Shown piece by piece: positions 50,013 to 60,413 of a stretch of 64,000 nucleotides of DNA. The position numbers and the translations under genes were made by a program. The first letter of the stretch is position 1. Every line of letters begins with the position of its first letter. Source of the stretch: Candidatus Helarchaeota archaeon (GTDB taxonomy: Archaea > Asgardarchaeota > Lokiarchaeia > Helarchaeales > RDOG01); contig JAHPZH010000002.1 of the NCBI GenBank assembly GCA_019058315.1, forward strand, positions 480,001 through 544,000, read 5' to 3'. The notes under the pieces were generated by a model. It did not search any database, was not told the DNA's origin, and saw only the letters and a list, made by a program, of their open reading frames with translations.

Positions 50013-50477
50013 ATGAATAGCAATCCGGACAAAGAAACTAAAACTGAGATTTTCAGTCAATTTATAATTTATTCACTCTTTGCTGTTATTACAACTATCA
50101 TTAATTTGGGCGGACAAGTCCTTTTTACTAATATTCTACTATTAGATTATGTTTTAGGTGCAATAATTGCATTAGCTATAGGTTACACAATTAAATTCTT
50201 TTTAGATTGCTTTATAACTTTTAAAAGCCAAAGAAAGGATGAGGTTGATATTCGAAAACATTATTTAGTATATATGATGACAGCAGTCATTTTTTATTTA
50301 TTGAACTTAGTTATTCAAATTTATATTTGTACTCCCATTGTTGAAAGTCTGATTTCGGATCCTCTTTGGGTTACTCTGTTATCCGCAGGGTCTGCTGTAG
50401 CAGTTGTATTTTTAATCAAATTTCCCTTTGATAAATATATAATTTTTAAATTATTACCTGAAAAAATGGTTAAATAA
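50013..50477 (+). CDS. GtrA family membrane protein
   Basis: 4 TM segments; IKFFLD..ITF and KFPFDKYIIF patterns. Confidence 0.8.
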   Translation: MNSNPDKETKTEIFSQFIIYSLFAVITTIINLGGQVLFTNILLLDYVLGAIIALAIGYTIKFFLDCFITFKSQRKDEVDIRKHYLVYMMTAVIFYLLNLVIQIYICTPIVESLISDPLWVTLLSAGSAVAVVFLIKFPFDKYIIFKLLPEKMVK

Positions 50478-50484
50478 GCTAAAA

Positions 50485-52299
50485 TTAATCGTTTGATTTC
50501 AAAGAGATGTAATAATAATCTCCGGTTTTTTTCTGTTTTCTATCTAACTCAGAATTTAATTTGTTTACTCTTGGTCTACCTGTACGTGGGTCTCGACGAA
50601 AAGTAATATTAACATTTTTTAAAAATAGGTTCATCCCACTTTTTAGATCGATTGGGGGAGTGGAAAAACCTTTCTTTCCCGATTCTCCTGAAAATACAAT
50701 TAATGAATCACTTAAAAAATCAACAGCCAAAATATCATGTTCAACTATAAAGGCGGCTGCTTTTTTATTTTCTATAAACCTTTTTATTGTTTTTGTAATT
50801 GTTAAACGTGCATAGCTATCAAGGTAAGCTGAAGGTTCATCAAATAGATAAACATCGGCTTCTTTAGAAAGAGTATTAGCAATTGCAAGTTTTTGAAGTT
50901 CTCCTCCTGATAATTCTGTAATATATCTTTCTTCTAATTCAGATAAATTAAATGGTTTTAGAATTTGAGATTTGTAAATTGCGGTATCAAAATTTTTACC
51001 AGCTGATTCTCTTAGAAGCATTTCAACTGTGCCATCAAATTCAATATTCAAATATTGTGGTTTTAATGCTATTTTAAGTTCTTTTTCTAATGGTTCACCT
51101 ACATCAGGGGGTAATTCACCACCCAACAATTTAATAAATGTAGATTTTCCCAATCCATTTTTACCAACTATCCCTATAATTTCTCCTTTGTGAATAACTC
51201 CTTCATTAATCTTAAGATAAAAATCTCCCAGTTGCTTTTCCATTTTATTATAACTTGTTATCACTTCTGTACTTTCCCATCCTCCTGAACCTAGTGGATT
51301 TAAATGAAATCTTATAGGTTCTGTTCGAAATCGAATATTTTCATCTGGCAAAAAGCCATCCAAATAAAGGTTTATACCCTCTCTAACACCATGAATATGG
51401 GAAACAATTCCATAAACTGCTGGTTGCCCATATAGGATATGGACATAATCGCTAAGATAATCGCAAATTATTAAATCATGTTCTACAATAATTACCGTCT
51501 TTCCCAATGTTGCTAATTGATGGAGGACTTTAGTAACTTCTAACCGCTCTTTGACATCTAAATAACTGGATGGTTCATCAAAAAAGTATACATCTGCATC
51601 TCGTGCAATAACTGCTGCTATTGCAGTTCTTTGCAATTCTCCTCCTGACAAAATATTTAAGTTTCTATTCCAAAATTCTTTCAAATTTAAGGATTCTTTT
51701 AATTCATTAATTACTCCTCGCTCATTCACCTTCTCTAAAAGCTCTGATACAACACCTTTTGTAATTTCTGGTATCTTGGTTACATATTGGGGTTTATGTA
51801 CTAATTTTACTTGATTTTCTGAAATATCTTTAAAATAATTTTGAAGTTCTGAACCCCGAAAATTACGAATAATTTCATTCCATTCTGGCGGTTCTTCTGG
51901 ATGCCCTAAATTTGGCTTGATTTCTCCTGCTAGAATTTTTATGGCCGTAGTTTTGCCAGAACCATTAGGTCCTATTAACCCAATTATTTTTCCAGCTTTA
52001 ACAATTGGAAGGCGGAAAAGTACAAAACCTCCTAAATCAAATCTATGAACAAAATCACTCTTTAATTCCTCTGCTATATTTGCAATAGTAATTGCGTGAA
52101 ATGGACATTTTTTAACACATATACCACAGCCAGTACAAACATTTTCAATAATTCTCGCCTTATTAATATCCTCATCCAAAATGATTGCTTCTGCCCCAGA
52201 ACGAACTACAGGACAAAAACGTATACAAGGGACTTTTTGAGTCGGAGGAGCACATTTCTCGGGTCTGCAGCGATCTGGTTCAATTACGCCTACTCTCAA
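50485..52299 (-). CDS. rli: Ribosome recycling ATPase ABCE1/Rli1
   Basis: N-terminal Fe-S domain CTGCGICVKKCP, two ABC domains with LSGGELQ, ITFRRDP...RPRVNK. Confidence 0.97.
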   Translation of the reverse strand: MRVGVIEPDRCRPEKCAPPTQKVPCIRFCPVVRSGAEAIILDEDINKARIIENVCTGCGICVKKCPFHAITIANIAEELKSDFVHRFDLGGFVLFRLPIVKAGKIIGLIGPNGSGKTTAIKILAGEIKPNLGHPEEPPEWNEIIRNFRGSELQNYFKDISENQVKLVHKPQYVTKIPEITKGVVSELLEKVNERGVINELKESLNLKEFWNRNLNILSGGELQRTAIAAVIARDADVYFFDEPSSYLDVKERLEVTKVLHQLATLGKTVIIVEHDLIICDYLSDYVHILYGQPAVYGIVSHIHGVREGINLYLDGFLPDENIRFRTEPIRFHLNPLGSGGWESTEVITSYNKMEKQLGDFYLKINEGVIHKGEIIGIVGKNGLGKSTFIKLLGGELPPDVGEPLEKELKIALKPQYLNIEFDGTVEMLLRESAGKNFDTAIYKSQILKPFNLSELEERYITELSGGELQKLAIANTLSKEADVYLFDEPSAYLDSYARLTITKTIKRFIENKKAAAFIVEHDILAVDFLSDSLIVFSGESGKKGFSTPPIDLKSGMNLFLKNVNITFRRDPRTGRPRVNKLNSELDRKQKKTGDYYYISLKSND

Positions 52300-52360
52300 T
52301 TATTAACACCATAAAAAGTAAAAGAAATATCAAAATAAGATATAAATTTTATAAAAAGGG

Positions 52361-52434
52361 TGAGAGAAATTGTCAGAACTCATAAAGATACCATCACAAA
52401 TCAGGTTGCTCCAAGTCGTCATTCATTTCTCTCA
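52361..52434 (-). ncRNA. Box C/D guide sRNA
   Basis: 10-bp terminal stem UGAGAGAAAU/AUUUCUCUCA; box C AUGACGA (52422-16), D' CUGA (52404-01), C' UGAUGG (52396-91), D CUGA (52376-73). Confidence 0.85.
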
Positions 52435-52526
52435 TATAATGATTTCAAATATAACTTATTAAATGTATTGAATCAAATAAATCAGTAGAAAAGATAATAA
52501 TAAGATGTGTGAATAAAAATAGAAGA

Positions 52527-52928
52527 TTAAGAGCCTTTTACATTCATAATTTTCTTTTTATTGAGAATTGTCCAATACTCGGCAGTAGCTCCTTCGACAA
52601 GTTTACTTTTGATTTCCTCATCAGTTGGCATATCCACTTCAAACGTTTCATATGTGCTATTATCCATAAGTTGAACAGTATCGGGTGTTATTGATGTAAT
52701 TATACCGGTACTTTTATCTATCAGTGGAACCTCAACATTTGAATGAGATGGAAAAGTAAGGCTCCTTTTATTACGATCAAATAAACCTACACATACTACT
52801 CGAACTTTTGCGTGACCATGTTTACCTGATTTTGAAACATCAACTGAAATTATTCTGCAAGGTTCATCATTGATTAATACAAATCGATTTGCTTTTAATG
52901 ACCCTGCTGATTGTTGTTTTTTAGACAT
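52527..52928 (-). CDS. eif5a: Translation factor aIF5A
   Basis: Hypusine motif SKSGKHGHAK. Confidence 0.97.
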   Translation of the reverse strand: MSKKQQSAGSLKANRFVLINDEPCRIISVDVSKSGKHGHAKVRVVCVGLFDRNKRSLTFPSHSNVEVPLIDKSTGIITSITPDTVQLMDNSTYETFEVDMPTDEEIKSKLVEGATAEYWTILNKKKIMNVKGS

Positions 52929-53068
52929 TGTAATCCTTCTTTTAACTTTATTTTATTAATATTCCCTACACTTTTTAAAATGTTTTTTATTTTAAATAAA
53001 GTAATAATTTTAAGACAATTAAAAAAAAAAATTTGACGCTACGCCAGCACGAAAAAGGTATTCTCGCG

Positions 53069-54481
53069 ATGGAAAAAGATGAATTGATAAAATTAATCAT
53101 TAAAAATGAAAAAATTTATAATAAAATAGGTAAAAAATTCCAAATAACTTTAATAGATGACAAAATTAACCAAGTTTTTCAAATCAACAATACAAATAAT
53201 ATAATATATGCAAAAGTCAGTAGGCGAGGTTGGAGTAGATATGAATGGAACTCATTAAACTCTTTATATAATAAAGGATATTACGTTCCAGAACCAATTT
53301 ATTATATACCAATAGAGACTCCTATTTCTCTCGGTTGGTCATTTGGAGATTTAACACAAGAAAATGGTATTATTTTCTATTATCCAATTACAGGTAACAG
53401 TTTAAAAAAAAGTTATAGTATGGATAAATTAATTTCAGTTCTAAATTTATTACATAATTTTCACAAAGAAAATATCAAATCAAGCAGTCCTATTCAAAAA
53501 TATCAAGAAACTGAAGTTAAACGAGGATTAAAATATGTCAAAGATCTAATATTGGGTGATAACACAAGATTAATAAGAATAATAAAAAGTTATTCAAACT
53601 TACGAATTGATTTTGGGTTAATTCATGGAGATGCTCGCCCAGAACATTTTATTTTTCATAACAACAGAATCGGAATGATTGATTTAGAAGGAACATGTAT
53701 TGGGGACCCGTTTAAGGATTTTGGTATTTTATTAGCTGAACTCTATATCTATAATAAAGACATAAATCTGTTCGATTATAAATTAATGAAAAAATTGTTT
53801 GGTCGTGATCTTTCTGATAACGAGATTCTAAGATTAAATTTCTTTTTAATTAGAAGAATTTTAGTAAAAATGAAATATGGAAAATTAGTAAGAAGTAAAG
53901 AGAATATTATAAAAACACTTAAAACCCTTAGCGAATATGAAAATGAAATTTTGGATAAAAAAGAAAAGAAAATTCTAATTTTAGATACATCTGCTTTTTT
54001 AGGAGGATACAATCCTAATATTATTACTATTAAACAGCATACTATTCCTGAAGTTTTTGATGAAGTAAAAACTCCAATGGTTAAATCTTTAATAGAAATT
54101 TCAGTAGAAACTGGAAAACTCAAGTTAAATTCACCATCATCTCAATTTATCGATGAAGTTAAGTCCATTAGTGAAAAATCTGGGGATAGTTTCGTACTTT
54201 CAGATGTAGATGTAAAGATATTGGCTCTTGCATTAGAAATGGAAAGAAAAGAGGGACTTATTCCTACTCTTATTACTGATGATTATGCAATGCAGAATAT
54301 TGCCGGAAAATTAAATATTAAATTTAAGCCAATACTCGAAAAAGAAATACAAGATTTAATAAAATGGAAGATTTATTGTCCAGGTTGCAAAAAATCATTT
54401 AATAATATTCCAAAAACAAAAATTTGCCCCAATTGTGGAACGAGTTTGAAAAGATTTTCATATAAAAAATCAAAAAGATAG
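53069..54481 (+). CDS. nob1: Fusion of an APH/choline-kinase-like phosphotransferase and Nob1 (PIN + zinc ribbon) endonuclease
   Basis: HGDARPEH and IDLE kinase motifs, then ILDTSAF, LSDVDVKILALA, TDDYAMQN, CPGC...CPNCG. Confidence 0.85.
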   Translation: MEKDELIKLIIKNEKIYNKIGKKFQITLIDDKINQVFQINNTNNIIYAKVSRRGWSRYEWNSLNSLYNKGYYVPEPIYYIPIETPISLGWSFGDLTQENGIIFYYPITGNSLKKSYSMDKLISVLNLLHNFHKENIKSSSPIQKYQETEVKRGLKYVKDLILGDNTRLIRIIKSYSNLRIDFGLIHGDARPEHFIFHNNRIGMIDLEGTCIGDPFKDFGILLAELYIYNKDINLFDYKLMKKLFGRDLSDNEILRLNFFLIRRILVKMKYGKLVRSKENIIKTLKTLSEYENEILDKKEKKILILDTSAFLGGYNPNIITIKQHTIPEVFDEVKTPMVKSLIEISVETGKLKLNSPSSQFIDEVKSISEKSGDSFVLSDVDVKILALALEMERKEGLIPTLITDDYAMQNIAGKLNIKFKPILEKEIQDLIKWKIYCPGCKKSFNNIPKTKICPNCGTSLKRFSYKKSKR

Positions 54482-54661
54482 CTACAGCTTAATTTTTATC
54501 TAAAAATATTACATCTCTTTATGAATGACAGTAATAGTGATTAACACAAATTTCTAAAAAACTCGAATTTTACATAAAAAAATTTACATAAATAACTATT
54601 TTTGTTGGTCTAAAAGTCTAAATTCTATTACTCCAATTATTATATTAGAGAATATGAGTAG

Positions 54662-54814
54662 GTGTTTAATTTCTTAGTTAAAATTGAATGTAAAAAATGT
54701 GGAAATGAATTTCATGCAAGTTTGGAACAATTAGAAAATTATTTCTATTGTCCAATTTGTGAATGTCTTGGAAATATCAATCAATTATTTAAAATTATAT
54801 CCATTGAAGCTTGA
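54662..54814 (+). CDS. Small zinc-ribbon protein (50 aa, not in ORF track)
   Basis: VKIECKKCGNEF...FYCPICEC; start codon uncertain. Confidence 0.6.
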   Translation: MFNFLVKIECKKCGNEFHASLEQLENYFYCPICECLGNINQLFKIISIEA

Positions 54815-54905
54815 ATCTTTTTTTTTAAATATTATATTCTTTAATTATTTTCATTTTCCGATTAGATAATTTAATTTTTATATCAGTAATATCAAATTTA
54901 GTTAT

Positions 54906-55931
54906 ATGGGAATTACAAATCTTGGGAAAATAATTGAAATAAAGCATATTCAAATGAAAGACTTGCATAAGAAAAGAATAGCGATTGATTCAAATAATAT
55001 TTTATATCAATTTTTGGCTAGAATACGTCAACCGGATGGAACTCCTCTTAAAGATTCCCAAGAGAGGATTACTTCACATTTATCTGGTCTCTTTTTTAGG
55101 ACAATTAATTTATTAGAAAATTCTGTCGAACCAGTCTATGTTTATGATGGTAAACCTACAACTCTAAAGATGCAAGTTCTAGAAGTTAGAAGAGAAAAAA
55201 GGGAAGAAGCAAAAAAAGAATGGAAATCTGCAATAGAAAGAGGAGATCTTGTAGCGGCTAGAAAATATGCCCAAGCTGCTTTATTCTTAACTAGAGATAT
55301 GATTTCAGAAAGTAAAAAATTGTTAGATGCTATGGGAATTCCCTATGTTCAAGCTGTTTCAGAAGGTGAATCACAAGCTGCATATATTGCATCAAAAGGG
55401 GATGTGTGGGCTTCCGCATCTCAAGATTGGGATTCATTGTTGTTTGGAACTCCGCAATTAATAAGAAATCTTACAATAACTGGAAGAAGAAAAATACCTG
55501 GTACTGATAGAACTATAGAAATAAATATTGAAGAAATAAATCTAAAAGATGCTTTGAATGCCCTTTCAATAACTCGTGAACAATTAATTGATATCGGATT
55601 ATTGATTGGTACGGATTTTAATGAAGGAATAAGTGGAATTGGTCCAAAGAAAGCTCTTAAAAATATTCTCGATTATAAAAATATTGAAGGGGTAATAAAA
55701 CAAGGAAAAATTAAAATAGATTTTCCTTATGAAGAAATTCGCGAAATTTTTCTAAATCCAGATGTGACAGATGATTATATTATTAAGTTTAAAGATTATG
55801 ATGACCAAAATATATTAAACCTACTAGTTGATGAGCACAGTTTTAGTGAATCTCGAGTCAACACTGCGATAAAACGTTTAAAAAAGGTAAAAGAAAAAAA
55901 GAAGCAAAAAAGTCTCGATAAATGGTTTTAA
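54906..55931 (+). CDS. fen: Flap endonuclease 1
   Basis: YQFL..IRQPDGTPL, EGESQAA, SQD.DSLLFG, GTDFN.G..GIGPK, C-terminal PIP box QKSLDKWF. Confidence 0.97.
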   Translation: MGITNLGKIIEIKHIQMKDLHKKRIAIDSNNILYQFLARIRQPDGTPLKDSQERITSHLSGLFFRTINLLENSVEPVYVYDGKPTTLKMQVLEVRREKREEAKKEWKSAIERGDLVAARKYAQAALFLTRDMISESKKLLDAMGIPYVQAVSEGESQAAYIASKGDVWASASQDWDSLLFGTPQLIRNLTITGRRKIPGTDRTIEINIEEINLKDALNALSITREQLIDIGLLIGTDFNEGISGIGPKKALKNILDYKNIEGVIKQGKIKIDFPYEEIREIFLNPDVTDDYIIKFKDYDDQNILNLLVDEHSFSESRVNTAIKRLKKVKEKKKQKSLDKWF

Positions 55932-55955
55932 ATTAAATAATACTTTGAAATATCT

Positions 55956-58900
55956 CTATTTTTTCTTCGTTTTACTTATCTTTTCTTCCATTATTTGCCT
56001 CATTTTCATAGAACGTATTTGTATTCTCCTTATTAGAATATGTAAAAGTATACCTGCTCCAAAAGCTGATACAAAGACGATTATATATGGAAGATAATCC
56101 TCATATTGAGTAGAATATGGAGCATTATAGGATAAAATCAATTCATGTTCAGCAAATCGGTATTTATCTGCTATAAGTAAATATGTTTCTATCGATTTTG
56201 CTGAAATATTTAAATAAACATCAAAGTATCCAGGGAATGGACCTAAAGAATAATAATCATAACCATATATTAAAAATTCTATGGTCATACTTTCATTTGG
56301 AGCAAGCCATGTTTTTTTACCGACATCTCCTATCTGAATTATTGAAAACCAACCTATCTCTAAACCTAATAATGGTTTATCCAGAAAATAAAAGTGGAGG
56401 TTTGAATCAAAATTAAAAAGAGTACAATTTCCAGTATTTGTTACTTCAAAACTTAAATATAGGAAACTTTGAACATATGGAAGAGCACTTAAACCTATTA
56501 GTTCTATCTTTAGGTTTGCTTCAAAATAGGTTTTATTTATAAATATTGTATAATTAGCCGAATTCCCCATTATATCGTATGCTATTAAGGTCAAATTATG
56601 CCTTGAACCCAATTGATATGTTGAAGCATTCCAATAATATGTAAAAGTTCCATCTTCATACCATGTCGCATTCTGCTGAACATAGATTACATTTCCAAAT
56701 GCATCATATTCAATAACCTGCCCTTCTTGCCCCGGAAGGACTTCGCCTATAGTCTCATTAATGTACAACTCGACTTTTTCAATAGATGTAATATTATCTA
56801 ATGCAAAAAAGGTTATAGGAATGATAAAATTCCAACTTCCACTCGATGAAAATACGCTATTATTTTCATATGAAGTAAAATTAATTTCTGGTTTTACATT
56901 ATCAATTCTTGTGTTAAAAGTGGTTGAATTTGAATTTCCTGCTTTATCAAAAACGGTTAATTGTAATGTAACATCCCCATTTGGAAGTTCCGAACTATTG
57001 AAATTAATGTAATTCTCGGTACCTATAGATGCATTTGCCTTAGTTCCATCTGCTGTAACATTCCACATAAAGATTCTTTTAGAATTAGCATAGAGAAAAT
57101 ATTTATTTATTGTAAAGTTAAACTGATCAAAACCTCCAAATCGCATTACTAAACTTTTATTTTCAAGATGATCTGAATACACATCCAATGTTTCATAATA
57201 TTTAACCTTATAGCTAATAAAATCAACACTTATATTAATTGGATTAGAACTATTCACTTTAACGAAAAATTCAATGCGGGAATTATTATTTTCATCAATT
57301 AGGCTTGAGATTTCATTTCTTGTAATATTAAACCATGTTGAAACTGGAGATGTACTATTAAATACTGAATTATTTATAGTTTGAATAGAGTTTGCTGTCC
57401 AATTCCAAATTTGTAACCCTGCAAATTTGATACTGGAATTTGCATAGCTAATATTTGCTACAACACTAATATTTACAGAATAAACATTATCTACAATACT
57501 TAGATTATAATCGCTTAATTCTACTGCGTAAGCCATTAATATTCCTGCACTTTCATTTGAATAACTGTGAGAATAGTTATCTAAGAAATAAGTCGCAGAA
57601 AAAGAATTACGAAAATCGGTAGCATTTAAAATAGTTCCAGTTATTGTGGCATTTTCTAAACATGTCGCGTTGAGTTCAAGAGTATTATTTGTCCGCAAAT
57701 TAAGATATGCACCGAATGGATCCTCATTATCAATATATATGGGATTAATTAAGATGGTTTGATTTAGACCCTCTCTATTTAAAATTATTAAACTAATATT
57801 ATGAGTGTTATTTTGTGTCTCTGTTCCGTTATAATTCTCAAATGCTGTAACATTCCAATCATGATATACAGATATATTTTGTAAGAAAGGATCTATAGCT
57901 TTTAAATCACCTATATCGTCCCATTTCACTGCATCAGTTGCATTATTATCAATTATCATGGTTATATTAGATATTCCACTTCCAAAATCTAATGCGTTTA
58001 TTTCTATCCTCGCCATTCCACCAACATAACTTCCATTTGATATTGAAGTATTATATTGAGGGGGCGTTACATCGATTATCGAAAATGAGGACTTATTTAA
58101 ACTTGTATTTGTATTTTTACCACTTATATCATAACTTTCAAACCAGAATTCTACATTATCACTTTTATACGTCCACTTTGAACCATCCCAAGCAATACGT
58201 TGCCATGGAAATATTGGAAAATTAGCAGTATAATTATCAGAACCAAAGGCTACTTCAAATCCGATATAATCTACAGATATATTAACTGGATTTGTTGAAG
58301 TTATATTGAGAAATATTTCAATTCGTGAATCATTAGTTTCATCAATATAAGTGGATAAATTATCACCATAAAGAATAATATAATCAGTTGCATTTGTTGT
58401 TGTATTTAAAATTGTCCCATCTATGTCATCTAACTGTTTTGTATTATTATTCCAGATTTGCCATCCTGCCCAAGTTACTCCCGTTGTATTGCTAATGTAT
58501 GCTCGTATGCTGATATTGACAAAATAAGCATATGTGAATATGGATGTATTATATTTACTTAAATTCAAGGAATATGCCATTAGTATCCCACTGGTCCCGT
58601 TTGCATAGCTATGATAAACTCCATCATTAGTTGTGTTAGTTGCATTCACATCATTGATGAAATTCGTAGCATTTAATGTAATATTATTAATCGTATTGTT
58701 TTCTTCAGCATGTAGGGTCTTATTAAGTTGTTCTGGAACCATTATGATATATTCGGGTCCAGCATGAAAATTTAATTCTGTATCATACCAAAGAGTGACA
58801 TTTTTAACTCTAGTGTCATCAGTAACTGTCACGGTAACATTAGCTGATTCATTAACAACACAAAATAGTGGATCAGAAAGGTTAAAGGGATTATTATTAA

Positions 58901-59102
58901 ATTTCCAATTTGAAATATTAGGTGGTGTAGCATCTAAAATTTTAATATCATCAATGGGAGAATGTTCCCTGTTCTGATTTAAATTTAGCCCAGAAAACAG
59001 ATTAAAGTTATTTAATTGAAGTGTATTACTTATAAAAATACCCCCGAATATAATTAATACTAAAAAGAATGCTTTTGATGATATTTTAGTCACTTTAATC
59101 AT
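55956..59102 (-). CDS. Large cell-surface glycoprotein with Ig-like domains and C-terminal TM anchor
   Basis: N-terminal hydrophobic segment, many NxS/T sequons, an internally duplicated domain, Ig-like A.D..GN motifs, TM plus basic tail. Confidence 0.8.
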   Translation of the reverse strand: MIKVTKISSKAFFLVLIIFGGIFISNTLQLNNFNLFSGLNLNQNREHSPIDDIKILDATPPNISNWKFNNNPFNLSDPLFCVVNESANVTVTVTDDTRVKNVTLWYDTELNFHAGPEYIIMVPEQLNKTLHAEENNTINNITLNATNFINDVNATNTTNDGVYHSYANGTSGILMAYSLNLSKYNTSIFTYAYFVNISIRAYISNTTGVTWAGWQIWNNNTKQLDDIDGTILNTTTNATDYIILYGDNLSTYIDETNDSRIEIFLNITSTNPVNISVDYIGFEVAFGSDNYTANFPIFPWQRIAWDGSKWTYKSDNVEFWFESYDISGKNTNTSLNKSSFSIIDVTPPQYNTSISNGSYVGGMARIEINALDFGSGISNITMIIDNNATDAVKWDDIGDLKAIDPFLQNISVYHDWNVTAFENYNGTETQNNTHNISLIILNREGLNQTILINPIYIDNEDPFGAYLNLRTNNTLELNATCLENATITGTILNATDFRNSFSATYFLDNYSHSYSNESAGILMAYAVELSDYNLSIVDNVYSVNISVVANISYANSSIKFAGLQIWNWTANSIQTINNSVFNSTSPVSTWFNITRNEISSLIDENNNSRIEFFVKVNSSNPINISVDFISYKVKYYETLDVYSDHLENKSLVMRFGGFDQFNFTINKYFLYANSKRIFMWNVTADGTKANASIGTENYINFNSSELPNGDVTLQLTVFDKAGNSNSTTFNTRIDNVKPEINFTSYENNSVFSSSGSWNFIIPITFFALDNITSIEKVELYINETIGEVLPGQEGQVIEYDAFGNVIYVQQNATWYEDGTFTYYWNASTYQLGSRHNLTLIAYDIMGNSANYTIFINKTYFEANLKIELIGLSALPYVQSFLYLSFEVTNTGNCTLFNFDSNLHFYFLDKPLLGLEIGWFSIIQIGDVGKKTWLAPNESMTIEFLIYGYDYYSLGPFPGYFDVYLNISAKSIETYLLIADKYRFAEHELILSYNAPYSTQYEDYLPYIIVFVSAFGAGILLHILIRRIQIRSMKMRQIMEEKISKTKKK

Positions 59103-59242
59103 TCCGGGAGTAAAAATTTTTTCGATTGATAATATTGAACTTGTTTTTACAGTTTTTATTAATTAAACAATTAATAATATTTCCTATTTTCAAGTTAATG
59201 TAAAATCTTAAAAGATGTTTGGTACAAAACGATTAGAAAAGA

Positions 59243-60331
59243 TTAATCTATATCTTCATCAGGGGCACGAACAAAGGCAACTAAGAACACGAATAGAAAA
59301 ATAATTCCTGTTGCTAACATTATTATTGTCATAAGATCAATAGGAGTAGTTTTTAAACCTCCAATTAATGTTGGATACATTCGAAATGCTTCTAATCCTA
59401 AAAATAGAATCATTACAAAATATCCAAAAAAAGGTCTTTTATCATCACCACGTCCAAGACCTTTGAAGAAGCAAATAAACATGACCAAAGTCCCAATTAT
59501 TAAACAAGTCCAATTTATAATTGTCATGATTAATTTTAAAGTGGTTGCAGCAGGAGGTAAGGAATAAATCCAAATAGTTAAAAAAGCTACAAATAGAATT
59601 AATTCTAAAACTTTAATTTCATTTTCGGGAACTTCAGTCATTGCCATCCCACTAAAAGATTCTTTTTCGAATTCTGCCGCACCAGCATATATCATCCAAA
59701 AAAGGGAACCAATAGCTAAAGCGTTTGCAATGATTATAGAAAATTCATAAAAAAATGGAAGGAAATTATTCCAAATTTCCATAATTTGATTAAAAATTAT
59801 AACATATTTTGTGACAAATTCAAAAAGAATTAGAATTGGCATTGCTAGGAATAATCCAAAAATAATTAATGAATAAAATGCTAAGAATGCTTTACCTCGA
59901 TCCCAAGCAAACTCAGAATTTCTAATAATAGCCCACGCAAAACTTGCAAATGCGATAATAACGAAAAATGGTGTAATATATGGGACAATGAACGTTAATA
60001 TCGTGAAAATTCCATTAAATCCATAAAATATCATCCAACGGATAGGAATAACACTTGTAGTTTGTCTAATTTCTGAAAAGGAGTTGGCAAATTTATTTTT
60101 ATAAGCTAGTATAAACATCCACCATACTATAATGAAAAAAATAGGTGTTATAATGGTTCGAATAATAGTTTCAACATCTTTACCGAAATAATACTCAATT
60201 ATATAATAAGTAAAAGGATTGAATGGATCTTGATTTATTAGACCCATTAAAAGGAAGAAATAAACTGGTGTAAGTATAAAAATTATAACAACAGAAAGAC
60301 GTGCAAGATCAATTCCTTTCCATTCTGGCAT
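59243..60331 (-). CDS. Multi-pass membrane protein, hypothetical
   Basis: About 9-10 hydrophobic segments. Confidence 0.7.
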   Translation of the reverse strand: MPEWKGIDLARLSVVIIFILTPVYFFLLMGLINQDPFNPFTYYIIEYYFGKDVETIIRTIITPIFFIIVWWMFILAYKNKFANSFSEIRQTTSVIPIRWMIFYGFNGIFTILTFIVPYITPFFVIIAFASFAWAIIRNSEFAWDRGKAFLAFYSLIIFGLFLAMPILILFEFVTKYVIIFNQIMEIWNNFLPFFYEFSIIIANALAIGSLFWMIYAGAAEFEKESFSGMAMTEVPENEIKVLELILFVAFLTIWIYSLPPAATTLKLIMTIINWTCLIIGTLVMFICFFKGLGRGDDKRPFFGYFVMILFLGLEAFRMYPTLIGGLKTTPIDLMTIIMLATGIIFLFVFLVAFVRAPDEDID

Positions 60332-60413
60332 ATTAATCTCCTTTTTTGAATTTTGCTATTATCATAAGTTTTTCAACGTATTAATCTAAAATTTGCATAT
60401 AAATTTATTTTAC

